DNA from: Toensbergia leucococca
Lineage: Eukaryota
Reading direction: 5' to 3'
Assembly: GCA_022813965.1 (NCBI GenBank)
Contig: JALDZS010000085.1
Span: 62,001 to 95,349 of the forward strand
Length of the DNA stretch: 33,349 nt
Positions 10,572-21,536 of this stretch are shown one piece after another. The notes beneath the pieces were generated by a model that was given only the letters and a program-made list of their open reading frames with translations, was not told the DNA's origin and did not search any database. The translations under genes were made by a program, and so were the position numbers. Numbering within the stretch: the stretch's first letter is position 1; every line of letters starts with the position of its first letter.

Positions 10572-13500
10572 TTAAAAACCCTCGCAGATCTTCTTCACCT
10601 CCCCAGCAACCTCACCCGCAAAAGCCCTCGCCCCATCCTCATCCATCAGCTCTCCATCGCACCTAATCGCGAAATCGATGCAATTGTTCTTGACCACCCT
10701 AACCACATCCAGGTAAAAGTTTCTCTCGGCCAAAAAGCCCACTTCCAACCTATCCACCGCAGTTCTACCGCCACCATGGTCCAAGGGCTCTACTGGCGCA
10801 GGGAGATTTTCTGGTTGGTATGGAACGAAAAGGGGGTCGGAAGAACCTGTGCTTGTTTTTAACGAGGAGGAGGAGGACGTAGATGCACTCCGACCACCCC
10901 ATGCGCCTTCTCCCTCCTGGGAGAGGACATTCACAAAAGTGTTAAAAAGTGGTTTCCCCCCGCATTCAATCCACTCCAACACTTCCCCCAAAAAGCTCTG
11001 CTCAAACTCCACCCTCTCCGCCAAATCCTCTTGTAAACGCCTTGCGCTCTCCAAACCCGGCAAAGTCAATGCTTTCGGTATCACCACCGGCGTGACATTT
11101 AGACAGGGGGCGGCGAGCTGATTGATATCTTTGAAAGAGGCGGAGCGGCCGGCTTGGTAGAGACCGAAGGTTGGATTTGACATGGAGGTGTGGTGGGCTA
11201 GGGTGCGGGCGAAGGCGAGGAGGATGATTGTGGGCAAGGAAATTGAGGAGTCGCGGCATGCAGTTTCCAAGGTTCGGAGGTTTGGGATAGCGGAATTTAT
11301 TGAGATGAAGGTTTGGGGGAAATTAGGAGACGTGAGAACAGGAGTATTGTGTTGGGCGGTTGGCGGTTGCAGGAGGGTTTGTTGGCAATGTTTTAGGCTT
11401 TTGCGCCAGTAGGTCTTTTCGGGTTCGGTGTGGAGGGAACGCATGGTGTGGTGGACGAATGAGTTGAAGGGTGGTGGGGATGGTAGATGGGTATGAAGAT
11501 ACAGGGCGGTGAGGTCTTCGACAATGGTCTGAACTGTCCAAGCGTCGTACGTTACGTGGTGTATTTTCAACACTACAAAGTCTTGAGTATCTCTGCGTAC
11601 GAGAAGTAGCTTTGAAGGAGGACTGAAGAAGTCGAACGATTGTCTTGCTTCTTGCTTTATCTGATCAATAACTCTGTCTTTGGAATTAGCTGGAGTCTCT
11701 AAGCATTTGAAGGAGTCGTCGTTGAGTGCTGAACTTTGGAGTACCACTTGGACGGCCTCATTGGGAGAAAGAGCGACAAACACTGTGCGCAACACCGAAT
11801 GGCGCTCTCTCAGCCCTCTCCAAGCAGATATTAGAACGTCCACATTGAGAGTCTGGGAACATTGAAATGTCCATGTTGCCTCACACAATCTTCGACCTGA
11901 TTTCAACCAACTCGCAAGGTGATATACTTGACCCGCCAAACAAGGTAGCACATCCTCAATATTCTCATCTTTCAAGTTTGCCAGGACTAGAGCTTTCAAT
12001 CTTGATTCACTACTGACCAAAGTCCTTTGGTTCTCCATGTGGCTGTTTTGCTCCGGTTTCCTTTCACGAAGGCGTCGGCAGATACCCAGCAGACTGCGTC
12101 CTTGAAGAACGTCTGCAACACTTACACCATATCCCTGCTTCCGGCAAACCGCGGCAACCTGGATTGCAGAAATGGAGTCGAGACCTAGGGAAAATATACT
12201 AGCATTTACTGGAATGTTCTCTATGGAAATTCCAGATACTTCTGACAGTGCTCTTTGGATCGATTCCAAATCCGGTCCTGGCTCAACCTCATTTTGTGAA
12301 GACGAAACGCTCTTGTCGCTTCCGACAGATAAGGGTAAAGTTTGAATCAAGCTTGGGAAAGCCATTACGCTCCGCCGAGGATGCTCAAGAGTATCTTGGA
12401 AGATCTGCTCAAAGTTTGTGAGCCAGGCTTGAAGCTGCTCTCGTGTTCTCAGCCCCTTGTGCGACACCACTCTTAAGACGGTTTTACCTTCCCTTTGCTC
12501 AAACTCAAAATTCATCGAGTGTTCTGTCGGGGTAACAGCCTCGCCAATTTCGAGGGATGTCCATAGTCCGTCTGTAGACGATACTTTGTTGGCCGAGTTC
12601 TGAAAGATGAAAAGAGTGTCAAAGAGCTGTGCGTCAGCATCACTAACCTTCTGCCGCCATGCATGCACAATTTTACCCAACGACGCATGTTGGTGTGGCT
12701 GCGACGCTCCCGAGGACTGTTGGATCTCCATGGCTGCACTTTTATTCGTAACATATGTCTTATCAAAGACAATGCGGGCTGCGACAGTGTTCAACAGCGG
12801 ACCGATAACTTCATCGGCGCCTGCCATTGCAAGCGATCGACCTCCAATTACATGACCAAAGACGATATCTCGACGTCCTGAAACGCAGGCGAGACTCTTT
12901 CCATAAGCCAAGAGTGCCACAGTCTGGATAGTCACGCCAAGATCTTTGCAACCTCGAAGTATACTATCAACGTTCATTCTGAAAGCAGTTTCAATCTCTA
13001 TGACATCTGTCTCTGTAACTTTCTGAGACGGTGAGACTATACTATTCTCAAAACCGTCGAGCTTTTGTAACCAGTATTCTTCAGCGTCTATTTTACTTCT
13101 TGAGATGGCTCTCGCTGCTTTGCTGAAAGGCGCTCTTGGGTGTAAATCGATGCCTTTATACAGTCTTGCCAGATCCTGGAAGAGGAGATTGATTGACTCG
13201 CCATCGTAAAGACTGTGATGCATCGAGATCACGAGTACACTTCCCATTTCTGCCCTCAGAATACTTGTCTTCCATGGCGGCTTCTCAAAATCCGTTGCTT
13301 CATGAAACAAAGAATGCTCCGTGATATCAGTCAGTGAATCAGACATTGAAGTTCTGATGTTGATTTCCACCAATGTATCTAGACCCTCCTGGTGCACTGC
13401 TCCCAGCCATGAATTAAACGTGCTGGAAAAGTGGAATGTGGTTCGAAGTATCTCCGTCTTCATCGTAAGACTTTCCCATGCCTTCTTCAGTCTAGTGAGT

Positions 13501-16500
13501 TCGATATGGTGGGCTAATCGAACGGTATGGTGATGGAAATAAAGCCTTCCGTCTGATCCTAGGGTTTGGGTAAGCATGGAGGACTGCAGTGGAGTACATG
13601 CATAGACGTCTGTCACAGTATCTCTGGGGCTCAGAATCGGGATCTTGGGGACGATATGCTTTAGAACCTCTTCTTGCGGCTGCTCTGCGAGCATCTTACT
13701 GCTATCAATGTCAGCATTAATATTTTGAACTAGTGCCCCTATACATGAATGGCGCATCACATCCGCTGAAGAGCACTCCATTCCTAATTGTCTCAGGCGC
13801 CGTGCGAACCGGATGGCAGTAACAGAATCAATTCCTAGACTGAAAAATGACGTTCCTTTGGATATATCTTTCGCACTGATACCGCAGATATCAGCCGCAA
13901 GCTCTCGCATCTTCAACTCTCTCGGCCTCCAATGTGACTCATCCCAGGCTTGCGGCTTTGGTCTAGAGATTACAGCGAGGCTGTTCGAGATGCCCAAGTC
14001 TTCAGTAGTGACATTCTCTCGTCGAACTAAGGCTCCTAGAAGAAGATCAATATTCTCTAGTAAAGACGCTGTTCTATCCGAGTCTCCAAATGCAGGAGAG
14101 AAAGTACAATGAGCACATATGCGGTCAGCTTCATGATCAGCCTCAAATTCAATAGAGAGTGGGAAGTCGTCAGGCATAGAGCCCTCAACTTCAGTCCAAA
14201 GATCCGGATACGGACCAGGCTTCATATTTCTCCTCTGATTATAAGAGATCAGACAGTCAAACAAAGGTTTCTCCACTCCGACCCAGCGATGGATGTGTCT
14301 CAGAGCTGTGTGTTGAAATTCAAGAGATTCCACGAAACCCTGTTGGGCAACTTTCACAATGTCTACAACCAGGGAACTTTCATTGCTGAGATTGACGCGT
14401 TGAGGGATGGTTGTTATGCAGGGCGCGACAATAGTATGAGGATTCTCTATCGGTACAGTGCGCCCCGAAAGCACGGCGCCAAATACTACATCGTGAGTTC
14501 CTAGCGTTTGAGCCAAGATGATGCCAAAGACTGCCTGGATGGTTGATGTTAGCGTTCCACTTATGGAAGAAGAAAAGTCCTCTAATTTAGCAAGCGGACT
14601 AGAAAAGGTCCTATCCACAATTGGGAAGTAAGTATTGTTCTGATTTCCAATTGTGGTATTAGTCCCATCTACAATCGCGATCGGTCTATAATGTGCTAGA
14701 TATTGTTTCCAGAAAACTTTAGACGTCTCCTGATCTTGGGAACATATGTGTTCAACCATCGAATCAAAAGGGATGTGAGCCGAAGGAATGGCAGAGTGAT
14801 ATCGCATCTGAAGCTCTTCGAGTACTATGGCGATGGATTCCCTATCATATAGTGCATGATGTATTGAAATCAAAAGTATCGAGCTTCTGTCGTCAGAAGG
14901 TGGCCGAAAAAGCGTTAGTCTTATTGGGGCTTTTCTCTCAATGTCAGAGATAATTTCTGTTGTAGATTTACGTCGCTTAATCTGGGAGGCGCATTCGGGA
15001 TCTGAAGTAACGGTCTCTTCCCAGGATGCTGATCGAGACTCGTCATATTTGAGAACAACTTGGACAATGCCATTTTCAAATTCCTGGAAGCAAGTCCTGA
15101 GAACTTCATGATCAGCCACTACCATTGCCCAAGCACTGCAAAGACGAGCACAATCAATGTCAGTGGATAGCCTCAGTACAATGTGATTCGTATAGAGTGC
15201 AGCACTCTTGTTATTGAGAGAAGCCGCTACAAGGGTCTCTTGTAAAGACAGGCAAGGCTTTACTGCCTGAATGGACGAGTCGCCTAGGCCATGGGAGTGC
15301 ACGGCACGAAATCTAGATTCGAGATCTGCTATTCTTAACCGTGTCTGCGTAAGTCTGTCCGCCGACGTGCCTTTGCTTTGGTCCTTTCGAGGTAAAAGAG
15401 CCAGCTCTTCTATGAATGGTTTTCTCAAAACATTGGAAACTGTGCAGTCATACCCTAGCTTCTGCAATTTGATGGCTAGACTGATGGCACTTAGACTATC
15501 AAGTCCAAGCCGAAAGATGTTGGTATTGCTTGAAATCTCGTCCGCATCAACATCTAGGGTACTCATGACTGCGCTTCGTACAATTCTCTCCGCTTCAGTC
15601 AATTCTCGGCGACTTGACTTCGGCTGATTAGGCTGTTCTGAGAGGGCAGGGCATATGATGTCCGTAATTGGTATGTCTGCAAACAGAACTTTGAGGCGCT
15701 TCAAATCTACTTTTCCAGACGACGGAGCCAGCGGTAATTTAGGGAGGGAAATGACCACATCAGGTACCATGTAAGCAGGAAGGACCTTTTGGCAATCGGC
15801 TTGAATATTGCTAGCGAATGCATGGTCATAGGCAGAGTAATGAGTCTCTAGAGATTCTGGGGCTTTATTTGACGTCGAGATGGGAACGACGAAGCTAACA
15901 AGCTGTGGTTTTGAGAGCTTTGGATGCTGAGCAACCATAGTCGCCACGTCGATTATACTCAACTCAGACGATACGGCTGACGACCGAATGGCCTCGGAAA
16001 TCTCGCCGAGTTCGAGCCGTTGGCCTCTGACTTTTATTTGATCGTCCTCTCGGCGCAAATATTCCAGTGTGTCGTCTGCCATCAAACGCACAATGTCACC
16101 CGTACGATACATTCTTTTACCTTTGAAATCATCCACAAATCCTTTCGCATCAGGCCGATTATGATAACCATTCGCCACCAAGCCTCCTGTGAAGCAGAGC
16201 TCTCCTGCAACGCTACGTAGGGTATACCTATTGGAGCCAGGCACCAGAACATGAGCTACCGAGTTCCCATAAGGTCGACCTACGTTCCTCAAATTCGATT
16301 TTCGTGTGACCTCTGCAGCGGTACACCCTATCGACATTTCAGTTGGACCATACGCGTTTACCAGAGTAGCATTTTCATTGGAGGCCCACATATCAATAGC
16401 ACGTTTCGACATCTTTTCGCCTCCAACACCCAGATAGCGAAGGTCAGGGAGATTCGCAGGATCCAGGCTAGCTTGATCAATCAACGATGGCACAAAGCTA

Positions 16501-19500
16501 GCATGCGTGATCTTCAGCTTCCGAAGCGCTAGCTCAAGGTTGTCGAGTAGCATCGTCCTAGAAGATGTTACTGCAGCCAGACCCTGCCGCCAGGCTAGGA
16601 ACATTTCGGCAATGTGAACATCAAATGCTCTGCTTGCAAGTCCGAGGTATTTGCCTTTTCCCGGAAGATCTTTCATTCCAGGAATAAGTGGACATATGAA
16701 CTCGGAGAGTCCCTCAACGAAAGAGCAAAGATTGCCACGACCAACGAGCACACCCTTCGGCACTCCAGTAGATCCAGAAGTGTAAAGCAAATAAGCATTG
16801 TTGCTAGCTTTTGGGTGCGAGGTCAACTCATCCGAATGACCGTTTACCATTTTCTCCATGTATGTGCTGTCGTCTACGTAGACAACGCGGCTTTCAGGGG
16901 GAATGCTTGAAAAAGTAAGAGCAAGAGACCTAGTGGTGAAGAGCATTGCGGCTGTACTGTCCTGTAGTAGAAACAATTTGCGCTCATGAGGTAAATCTTC
17001 GTCGATAGGTAAGTAGGTATTACCAGATGCCAAAATCCCAAGAATCACCGCGTAAGCCTCAATACGGCGATCCAGACACACTGCTATCATCTGATTGATA
17101 TAACCATTGTGAATGATGAAAGCTGCAACTCGCTGATATGCAGAACGCAATTCTGCAAAATTCCACACTTCAGAATGGCACTCCTCGTTTCCAAACGAGG
17201 TGACTACTTGGGCTGCGGGCCAGTATGGGTGCGCTGCAGCGTAATAATCCACCCAGTCGGTAGGGTTCTGTTTCCAAGCAAGTCTTACATTCTCACTAAA
17301 GGAGACCGATGTCATGGAGAGCAGTGCCTTTGGAAAGTATGATGAGAGTTGCACAAGTGGCATGTCAGGCGATCTTAGCATCGTCTCGACAAATGCATCC
17401 ACTTGCAGAGCAAGTATGGCAAGGTGGGCGCTGCTCATAACATTTTGGCTCGCTGAGAGTTCTATCTCCAGAGCATCGTTGGATACTTGTGCGATATTGA
17501 GTGCCAAAGGATGTTCCACAATAAGGCCTACGATACTGTCAATCCTTTTCCATATGGAAGAGTAACCAGTCCGGCTGCCTTCACTCAAATCTGGAAGGAA
17601 GTTGAACACTGCCGGGTACAGATTCTGGTCCTCGTGACGGCCAAGAAGCTGTCTGATCACTCGTGAATGAATTGAGCGATGTGCTCTAGATTCTCTCTGG
17701 AAATTCGATTGCGCCATGAGGGCTTCACGAGCGGATCCCAATGCGCGAAAAGGGACAGGTAATACAGTCGTTAGTGGTCCGATAACATCCGCCACTGTAA
17801 AGTCATCCATGCGGCTTGACCAAGTCTCTGCAAATACTACGTTATCAGTCTCCAAGTACGCCAGTAGTACGCTCCCCCAAGCTACTCGTAGAATCGAAGC
17901 TACCGATGACGCACCGAGGCTCAATGCTGCGCCTTGAAGATCTTTGTAGCTCCTTTTTAGTACTTGAGTATGAGTTATAAAGTCTGCGGCTCGATCTTCG
18001 CTTTGCGAGTTTTTGCCACTTAGATCAGGCCATGTGTTTGCGCCATCAATGGTAACGAAGTCTTGAAGTGCCTTTGACCAAAATTGCTCATCCTGATCTA
18101 TTTGAGCCTTTGCTGGAAGCATCAGTTGAAGAGCCTCACGCAGTTGGTGCCGTTGTTTTGTGCCTTCACCGTCGTTTTGATAGCTCTTATCAACATCTTT
18201 CAAAATTAAATCTAGCGATACCTCATCGCGAACGGCGTGATGAATAGAGATCATCATGATGTGACGGCTTGGCTGTTCAAAGACTGTGATGGCTAGAAGC
18301 GGGTCCCTAAAGTGATGTTTTTGATGGCCTTGGGCCACCGCACGTGTTCGTTTTGTTGCTAGATCCTTCAACTCAGCTTCTGACGACTTCATGTATGTCC
18401 AATCAATAACCGCTTTCTCGTATATCAGTTGCATGAAAGTTGAGTTCGAGACGAATGCACCGTCACGATACCCCAAAACTGCCGCTGAAGGGACGAAGCC
18501 AGTACGCAGTGCCTCTGTGTTGCTCACGACCTGCAGCCACGCCTCATGCAAGCGGGTGCTGTCAATCTGAGCGTTGAGCGAGAGAAAATTGTGACTCCAG
18601 TAAGCGCTAGCGTTCTGCAGGCTTTCACTAAGAAGAGACTCTTGGAGAGGCAAAGCTGGAGTCACAAACACATCACTTCTCTTGACTTCCTTTCTAACGC
18701 TGGTATACCATTCATTGTGGAAAGCCTCGAGATCATACCGTTTTGTCGGATACAGGGTACGAGATTTGTTAGTCACCTTCAAAAGATCATCTACATTTTG
18801 GCACAGAAGGACATCGGCGACTGAGATGTAAAAATCTTTAGCATTGAGCATTGGAGCCAGCCTCGTTGCGGCAATGGAGTCTATTCCAATTGAACGCAAG
18901 TCAGTGGCTCGACTCATTGATTTCCGAGATGTCCCAGAGAGTTCGACGACAACCGAGATGAGATCTAATTCGCGTGGGGTCCAGCTCACTGTCTCTCTAG
19001 GATTCTTGTCACTAGAAGGAAGTCTCATTTCCCACGTTCCCAAATCAATCGACCTGTAAATCTTTTCAAGAACCGCTTTGTCGGTCTTAGCCGAAGATGT
19101 CCGTGGGATGCTATTTATCACAAGAAATACCCTCGGGAGCATGTAATCTGGCAAGTTTTTCTGCGCCTCAGCCAGAGCGGTTTTAGCAATCCGGACAGCT
19201 TCTTCACTTACAATGAGTTGACTTGTCGTTTCCATGGTGTTGCCCAGTCTTGGTGCTGCAAAAAAGGCGACGATGACCTTTGAAGGACGATCTTGCCGAT
19301 CTAGATATTGTGTCTCGACTTGCTCGACGAGTGGATGACAGGTAGAAAGGGAAAAGCTAATTTCGCTCAGCTCAACACGAATACCTTGGATTTTGATCAT
19401 GTCATCCGTACGGCCAACGTACTCCAAGGAGCCATCGTGCAACTGTCGAACCAAATCTCCAGTCATATACAGGTGTCTAGAGAATTGCTCATTCCAAACG

Positions 19501-21536
19501 AATCTCTCTGAAGATCGTTCAGGATCGTTCCAATACCCCTTCGAAAGCTGGAGACCCCCAAGAGCCAGCTCGCCAATGCCATGTCTCATGAGAGGTTGAC
19601 CATCGCGTATAATAAAAGCAGACACTGATGCTAGAGGAAAACCAATGTTCGCACTCCGAACTTCGTCTCCTGCAGCACCAAATTGCCTGAACGTTGAAAC
19701 CACCGTGGTCTCGGCGGGGCCATAGGTATTGAAAGCTCGCATATTTTGACTCCAATCGTCTGCTATAGCCTGTGGCAATTTTTCTCCAATCATCGTAATG
19801 ACCTGTAGAGTTGGACACCGCTCTCTTGGGACGCTCGCCGCAAAAGCTGGGGTCAGATGCGCGTGGGTTGCACTTGTTCTGGTTGCCAGATCGGCGAATG
19901 AGCCAAGCATAATTCCTCGGGTGGAAGAAATGATCGTTCCTCCAACGCCCCAAGTGTAGAACAAGTCCTGGACGAACACATCAAACGTGAAATGAGAAAA
20001 TTGTAAGCATCGCACGATGCCTCCAGTGACATCAACCGGTATAGACCTCTGTAGATTTCTCATACTGGTCACTGCGGCTTCGTGATGAATTGGAACGCCC
20101 TTGGGATCACCTGTTGTTCCACTTGTCCAGATGAGATAGGCAAGACTTCCCATCTTTGCATTTAGGGGTTGAACCCGATCAAGGACAGTATCCTCTATGC
20201 AAGTGATATCGACAGTGACAACACCCTGGGGTATGCCTTCGGTGATAGCGGTGAGCTTTTGCTCAGCGACAACTACCATATGAGCACCAGTCCGTGCAAT
20301 AAGGTCATGGCGGCGACGAGCTGGGAAGGATGCATCAATTGGGCACCAGGCCCCCCCTGTCTTCAAAATTCCGAGAATGGCAACGTAAAGCTCCGGACGT
20401 CTTTCCATGCATATTGGTATAACGTTGTCAGATAGTTGGCCAAACCGATGAATAAGATACGTAGCAAAAATCTCGGCTTTGTCATTAAGTCGCTCATAGG
20501 TCCATGTAGTATTATCACTTGAGTATTCGGAATAGATGTTCTTCCTAAAGTCCAATGCCACACGGTGTGGGCTGTATCTGGCAAAGTTCTCGAATTGGGC
20601 GTGTAAGTATGGGGTCTGTAAGCTAAACTCTATGAAGTCCTTCGGGGGTTCATTCGATATGGACAATAGAGAAGTGCGGATAGCAGTCAAGCTCTTTGTA
20701 ATGGGTTCTGCGGGCTTTTCTAGAATGAATGCCAAGACATCGTCCAGTTGCTTTAACATCACAAGCGCGCTGGCCTCATTTAGAAACAAATCGGTGAAAA
20801 ATACTTTCAACTTCAGGAATCCAGCCACGTCGGGCCAGGCTTCGAGACTGACTGCAATCTCCTCACCTTTGGAGAGAGCATTGCTCAATTTCAAGACAAC
20901 AGCATCATCTTCGGAACTTTCCTTGCTTCTCAACGCTAAAATAGTTCCATGCTTGCTCCGTTTCTTATGATGAGCAGCTGAGACCACTGGCCGGTAAGAT
21001 TGACGGAGGGCCAACGCATTTGATTCTGTCAGGCATTTAAGAAGACTGCCATTCGTCTTTTGGCCCCACTTCTGAGGGGTGTCAAGACAGACTCGCGTTG
21101 ATATTGAGTGAAAGGTGTCCTCGCATGCGTGATCAGGATTGTGAGTTGCTAGAGAGTCGGTAATGAGTGTGGTGTAGATAACATGGTCTTGAGTAGCAGT
21201 GTAAGTGGAAAGAATCACCGCCCAAGCAGCCTGCAGAGCTGCAACGGGTGACGCATCAAGCGATGCTGTAGCATTGTGGAGATGGACAAGGGCTACTCTC
21301 GAGCCATATGTGACTGACTCTACTTCTCCAATGCTCGTCCGCGACCTTAACCCCGTCAGAGAAGGAAACGCCGTAGGTGGATGGTCTCCGGGTAGTTTTA
21401 AGGCTGGGTCAGATTGGATTTTTGCGTCGGGAGGCAAATTTAGAGATGTTCCTCCCTGCGTGGTGAGGCTGTTTTCCACAGAAACGTTGGTAGGTACTAC
21501 ATTTGGGGATGCATTCATGGAGTCACACGATGGCAT
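10572..21536 (-). CDS. Ferrichrome-type siderophore NRPS (SidC/NPS1-like), architecture C*-A-T-C-A-T-C-T-C-T-C
   Basis: Single uninterrupted ORF; A3 motifs YLIWTSGTTGDPKG (~20120) and YLLYTSGSTGVPKG (~16770); four T motifs GIDSI, GLDSL, GIDSV, GLDSI; C motifs HHAVRD, HHALYD, HHSLYD, HHVTYD; terminal T-C-T-C typical of ferrichrome synthetases; sidA nearby. Start ATG 21536 (alternative 21638). Confidence 0.9.
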   Translation of the reverse strand: MPSCDSMNASPNVVPTNVSVENSLTTQGGTSLNLPPDAKIQSDPALKLPGDHPPTAFPSLTGLRSRTSIGEVESVTYGSRVALVHLHNATASLDASPVAALQAAWAVILSTYTATQDHVIYTTLITDSLATHNPDHACEDTFHSISTRVCLDTPQKWGQKTNGSLLKCLTESNALALRQSYRPVVSAAHHKKRSKHGTILALRSKESSEDDAVVLKLSNALSKGEEIAVSLEAWPDVAGFLKLKVFFTDLFLNEASALVMLKQLDDVLAFILEKPAEPITKSLTAIRTSLLSISNEPPKDFIEFSLQTPYLHAQFENFARYSPHRVALDFRKNIYSEYSSDNTTWTYERLNDKAEIFATYLIHRFGQLSDNVIPICMERRPELYVAILGILKTGGAWCPIDASFPARRRHDLIARTGAHMVVVAEQKLTAITEGIPQGVVTVDITCIEDTVLDRVQPLNAKMGSLAYLIWTSGTTGDPKGVPIHHEAAVTSMRNLQRSIPVDVTGGIVRCLQFSHFTFDVFVQDLFYTWGVGGTIISSTRGIMLGSFADLATRTSATHAHLTPAFAASVPRERCPTLQVITMIGEKLPQAIADDWSQNMRAFNTYGPAETTVVSTFRQFGAAGDEVRSANIGFPLASVSAFIIRDGQPLMRHGIGELALGGLQLSKGYWNDPERSSERFVWNEQFSRHLYMTGDLVRQLHDGSLEYVGRTDDMIKIQGIRVELSEISFSLSTCHPLVEQVETQYLDRQDRPSKVIVAFFAAPRLGNTMETTSQLIVSEEAVRIAKTALAEAQKNLPDYMLPRVFLVINSIPRTSSAKTDKAVLEKIYRSIDLGTWEMRLPSSDKNPRETVSWTPRELDLISVVVELSGTSRKSMSRATDLRSIGIDSIAATRLAPMLNAKDFYISVADVLLCQNVDDLLKVTNKSRTLYPTKRYDLEAFHNEWYTSVRKEVKRSDVFVTPALPLQESLLSESLQNASAYWSHNFLSLNAQIDSTRLHEAWLQVVSNTEALRTGFVPSAAVLGYRDGAFVSNSTFMQLIYEKAVIDWTYMKSSEAELKDLATKRTRAVAQGHQKHHFRDPLLAITVFEQPSRHIMMISIHHAVRDEVSLDLILKDVDKSYQNDGEGTKQRHQLREALQLMLPAKAQIDQDEQFWSKALQDFVTIDGANTWPDLSGKNSQSEDRAADFITHTQVLKRSYKDLQGAALSLGASSVASILRVAWGSVLLAYLETDNVVFAETWSSRMDDFTVADVIGPLTTVLPVPFRALGSAREALMAQSNFQRESRAHRSIHSRVIRQLLGRHEDQNLYPAVFNFLPDLSEGSRTGYSSIWKRIDSIVGLIVEHPLALNIAQVSNDALEIELSASQNVMSSAHLAILALQVDAFVETMLRSPDMPLVQLSSYFPKALLSMTSVSFSENVRLAWKQNPTDWVDYYAAAHPYWPAAQVVTSFGNEECHSEVWNFAELRSAYQRVAAFIIHNGYINQMIAVCLDRRIEAYAVILGILASGNTYLPIDEDLPHERKLFLLQDSTAAMLFTTRSLALTFSSIPPESRVVYVDDSTYMEKMVNGHSDELTSHPKASNNAYLLYTSGSTGVPKGVLVGRGNLCSFVEGLSEFICPLIPGMKDLPGKGKYLGLASRAFDVHIAEMFLAWRQGLAAVTSSRTMLLDNLELALRKLKITHASFVPSLIDQASLDPANLPDLRYLGVGGEKMSKRAIDMWASNENATLVNAYGPTEMSIGCTAAEVTRKSNLRNVGRPYGNSVAHVLVPGSNRYTLRSVAGELCFTGGLVANGYHNRPDAKGFVDDFKGKRMYRTGDIVRLMADDTLEYLRREDDQIKVRGQRLELGEISEAIRSSAVSSELSIIDVATMVAQHPKLSKPQLVSFVVPISTSNKAPESLETHYSAYDHAFASNIQADCQKVLPAYMVPDVVISLPKLPLAPSSGKVDLKRLKVLFADIPITDIICPALSEQPNQPKSSRRELTEAERIVRSAVMSTLDVDADEISSNTNIFRLGLDSLSAISLAIKLQKLGYDCTVSNVLRKPFIEELALLPRKDQSKGTSADRLTQTRLRIADLESRFRAVHSHGLGDSSIQAVKPCLSLQETLVAASLNNKSAALYTNHIVLRLSTDIDCARLCSAWAMVVADHEVLRTCFQEFENGIVQVVLKYDESRSASWEETVTSDPECASQIKRRKSTTEIISDIERKAPIRLTLFRPPSDDRSSILLISIHHALYDRESIAIVLEELQMRYHSAIPSAHIPFDSMVEHICSQDQETSKVFWKQYLAHYRPIAIVDGTNTTIGNQNNTYFPIVDRTFSSPLAKLEDFSSSISGTLTSTIQAVFGIILAQTLGTHDVVFGAVLSGRTVPIENPHTIVAPCITTIPQRVNLSNESSLVVDIVKVAQQGFVESLEFQHTALRHIHRWVGVEKPLFDCLISYNQRRNMKPGPYPDLWTEVEGSMPDDFPLSIEFEADHEADRICAHCTFSPAFGDSDRTASLLENIDLLLGALVRRENVTTEDLGISNSLAVISRPKPQAWDESHWRPRELKMRELAADICGISAKDISKGTSFFSLGIDSVTAIRFARRLRQLGMECSSADVMRHSCIGALVQNINADIDSSKMLAEQPQEEVLKHIVPKIPILSPRDTVTDVYACTPLQSSMLTQTLGSDGRLYFHHHTVRLAHHIELTRLKKAWESLTMKTEILRTTFHFSSTFNSWLGAVHQEGLDTLVEINIRTSMSDSLTDITEHSLFHEATDFEKPPWKTSILRAEMGSVLVISMHHSLYDGESINLLFQDLARLYKGIDLHPRAPFSKAARAISRSKIDAEEYWLQKLDGFENSIVSPSQKVTETDVIEIETAFRMNVDSILRGCKDLGVTIQTVALLAYGKSLACVSGRRDIVFGHVIGGRSLAMAGADEVIGPLLNTVAARIVFDKTYVTNKSAAMEIQQSSGASQPHQHASLGKIVHAWRQKVSDADAQLFDTLFIFQNSANKVSSTDGLWTSLEIGEAVTPTEHSMNFEFEQREGKTVLRVVSHKGLRTREQLQAWLTNFEQIFQDTLEHPRRSVMAFPSLIQTLPLSVGSDKSVSSSQNEVEPGPDLESIQRALSEVSGISIENIPVNASIFSLGLDSISAIQVAAVCRKQGYGVSVADVLQGRSLLGICRRLRERKPEQNSHMENQRTLVSSESRLKALVLANLKDENIEDVLPCLAGQVYHLASWLKSGRRLCEATWTFQCSQTLNVDVLISAWRGLRERHSVLRTVFVALSPNEAVQVVLQSSALNDDSFKCLETPANSKDRVIDQIKQEARQSFDFFSPPSKLLLVRRDTQDFVVLKIHHVTYDAWTVQTIVEDLTALYLHTHLPSPPPFNSFVHHTMRSLHTEPEKTYWRKSLKHCQQTLLQPPTAQHNTPVLTSPNFPQTFISINSAIPNLRTLETACRDSSISLPTIILLAFARTLAHHTSMSNPTFGLYQAGRSASFKDINQLAAPCLNVTPVVIPKALTLPGLESARRLQEDLAERVEFEQSFLGEVLEWIECGGKPLFNTFVNVLSQEGEGAWGGRSASTSSSSSLKTSTGSSDPLFVPYQPENLPAPVEPLDHGGGRTAVDRLEVGFLAERNFYLDVVRVVKNNCIDFAIRCDGELMDEDGARAFAGEVAGEVKKICEGF

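Noticed and set aside
10260..10575. Pro-rich plus-strand ORFs
   Set aside because: Produced by C-rich low-complexity sequence in the NRPS 3' flank
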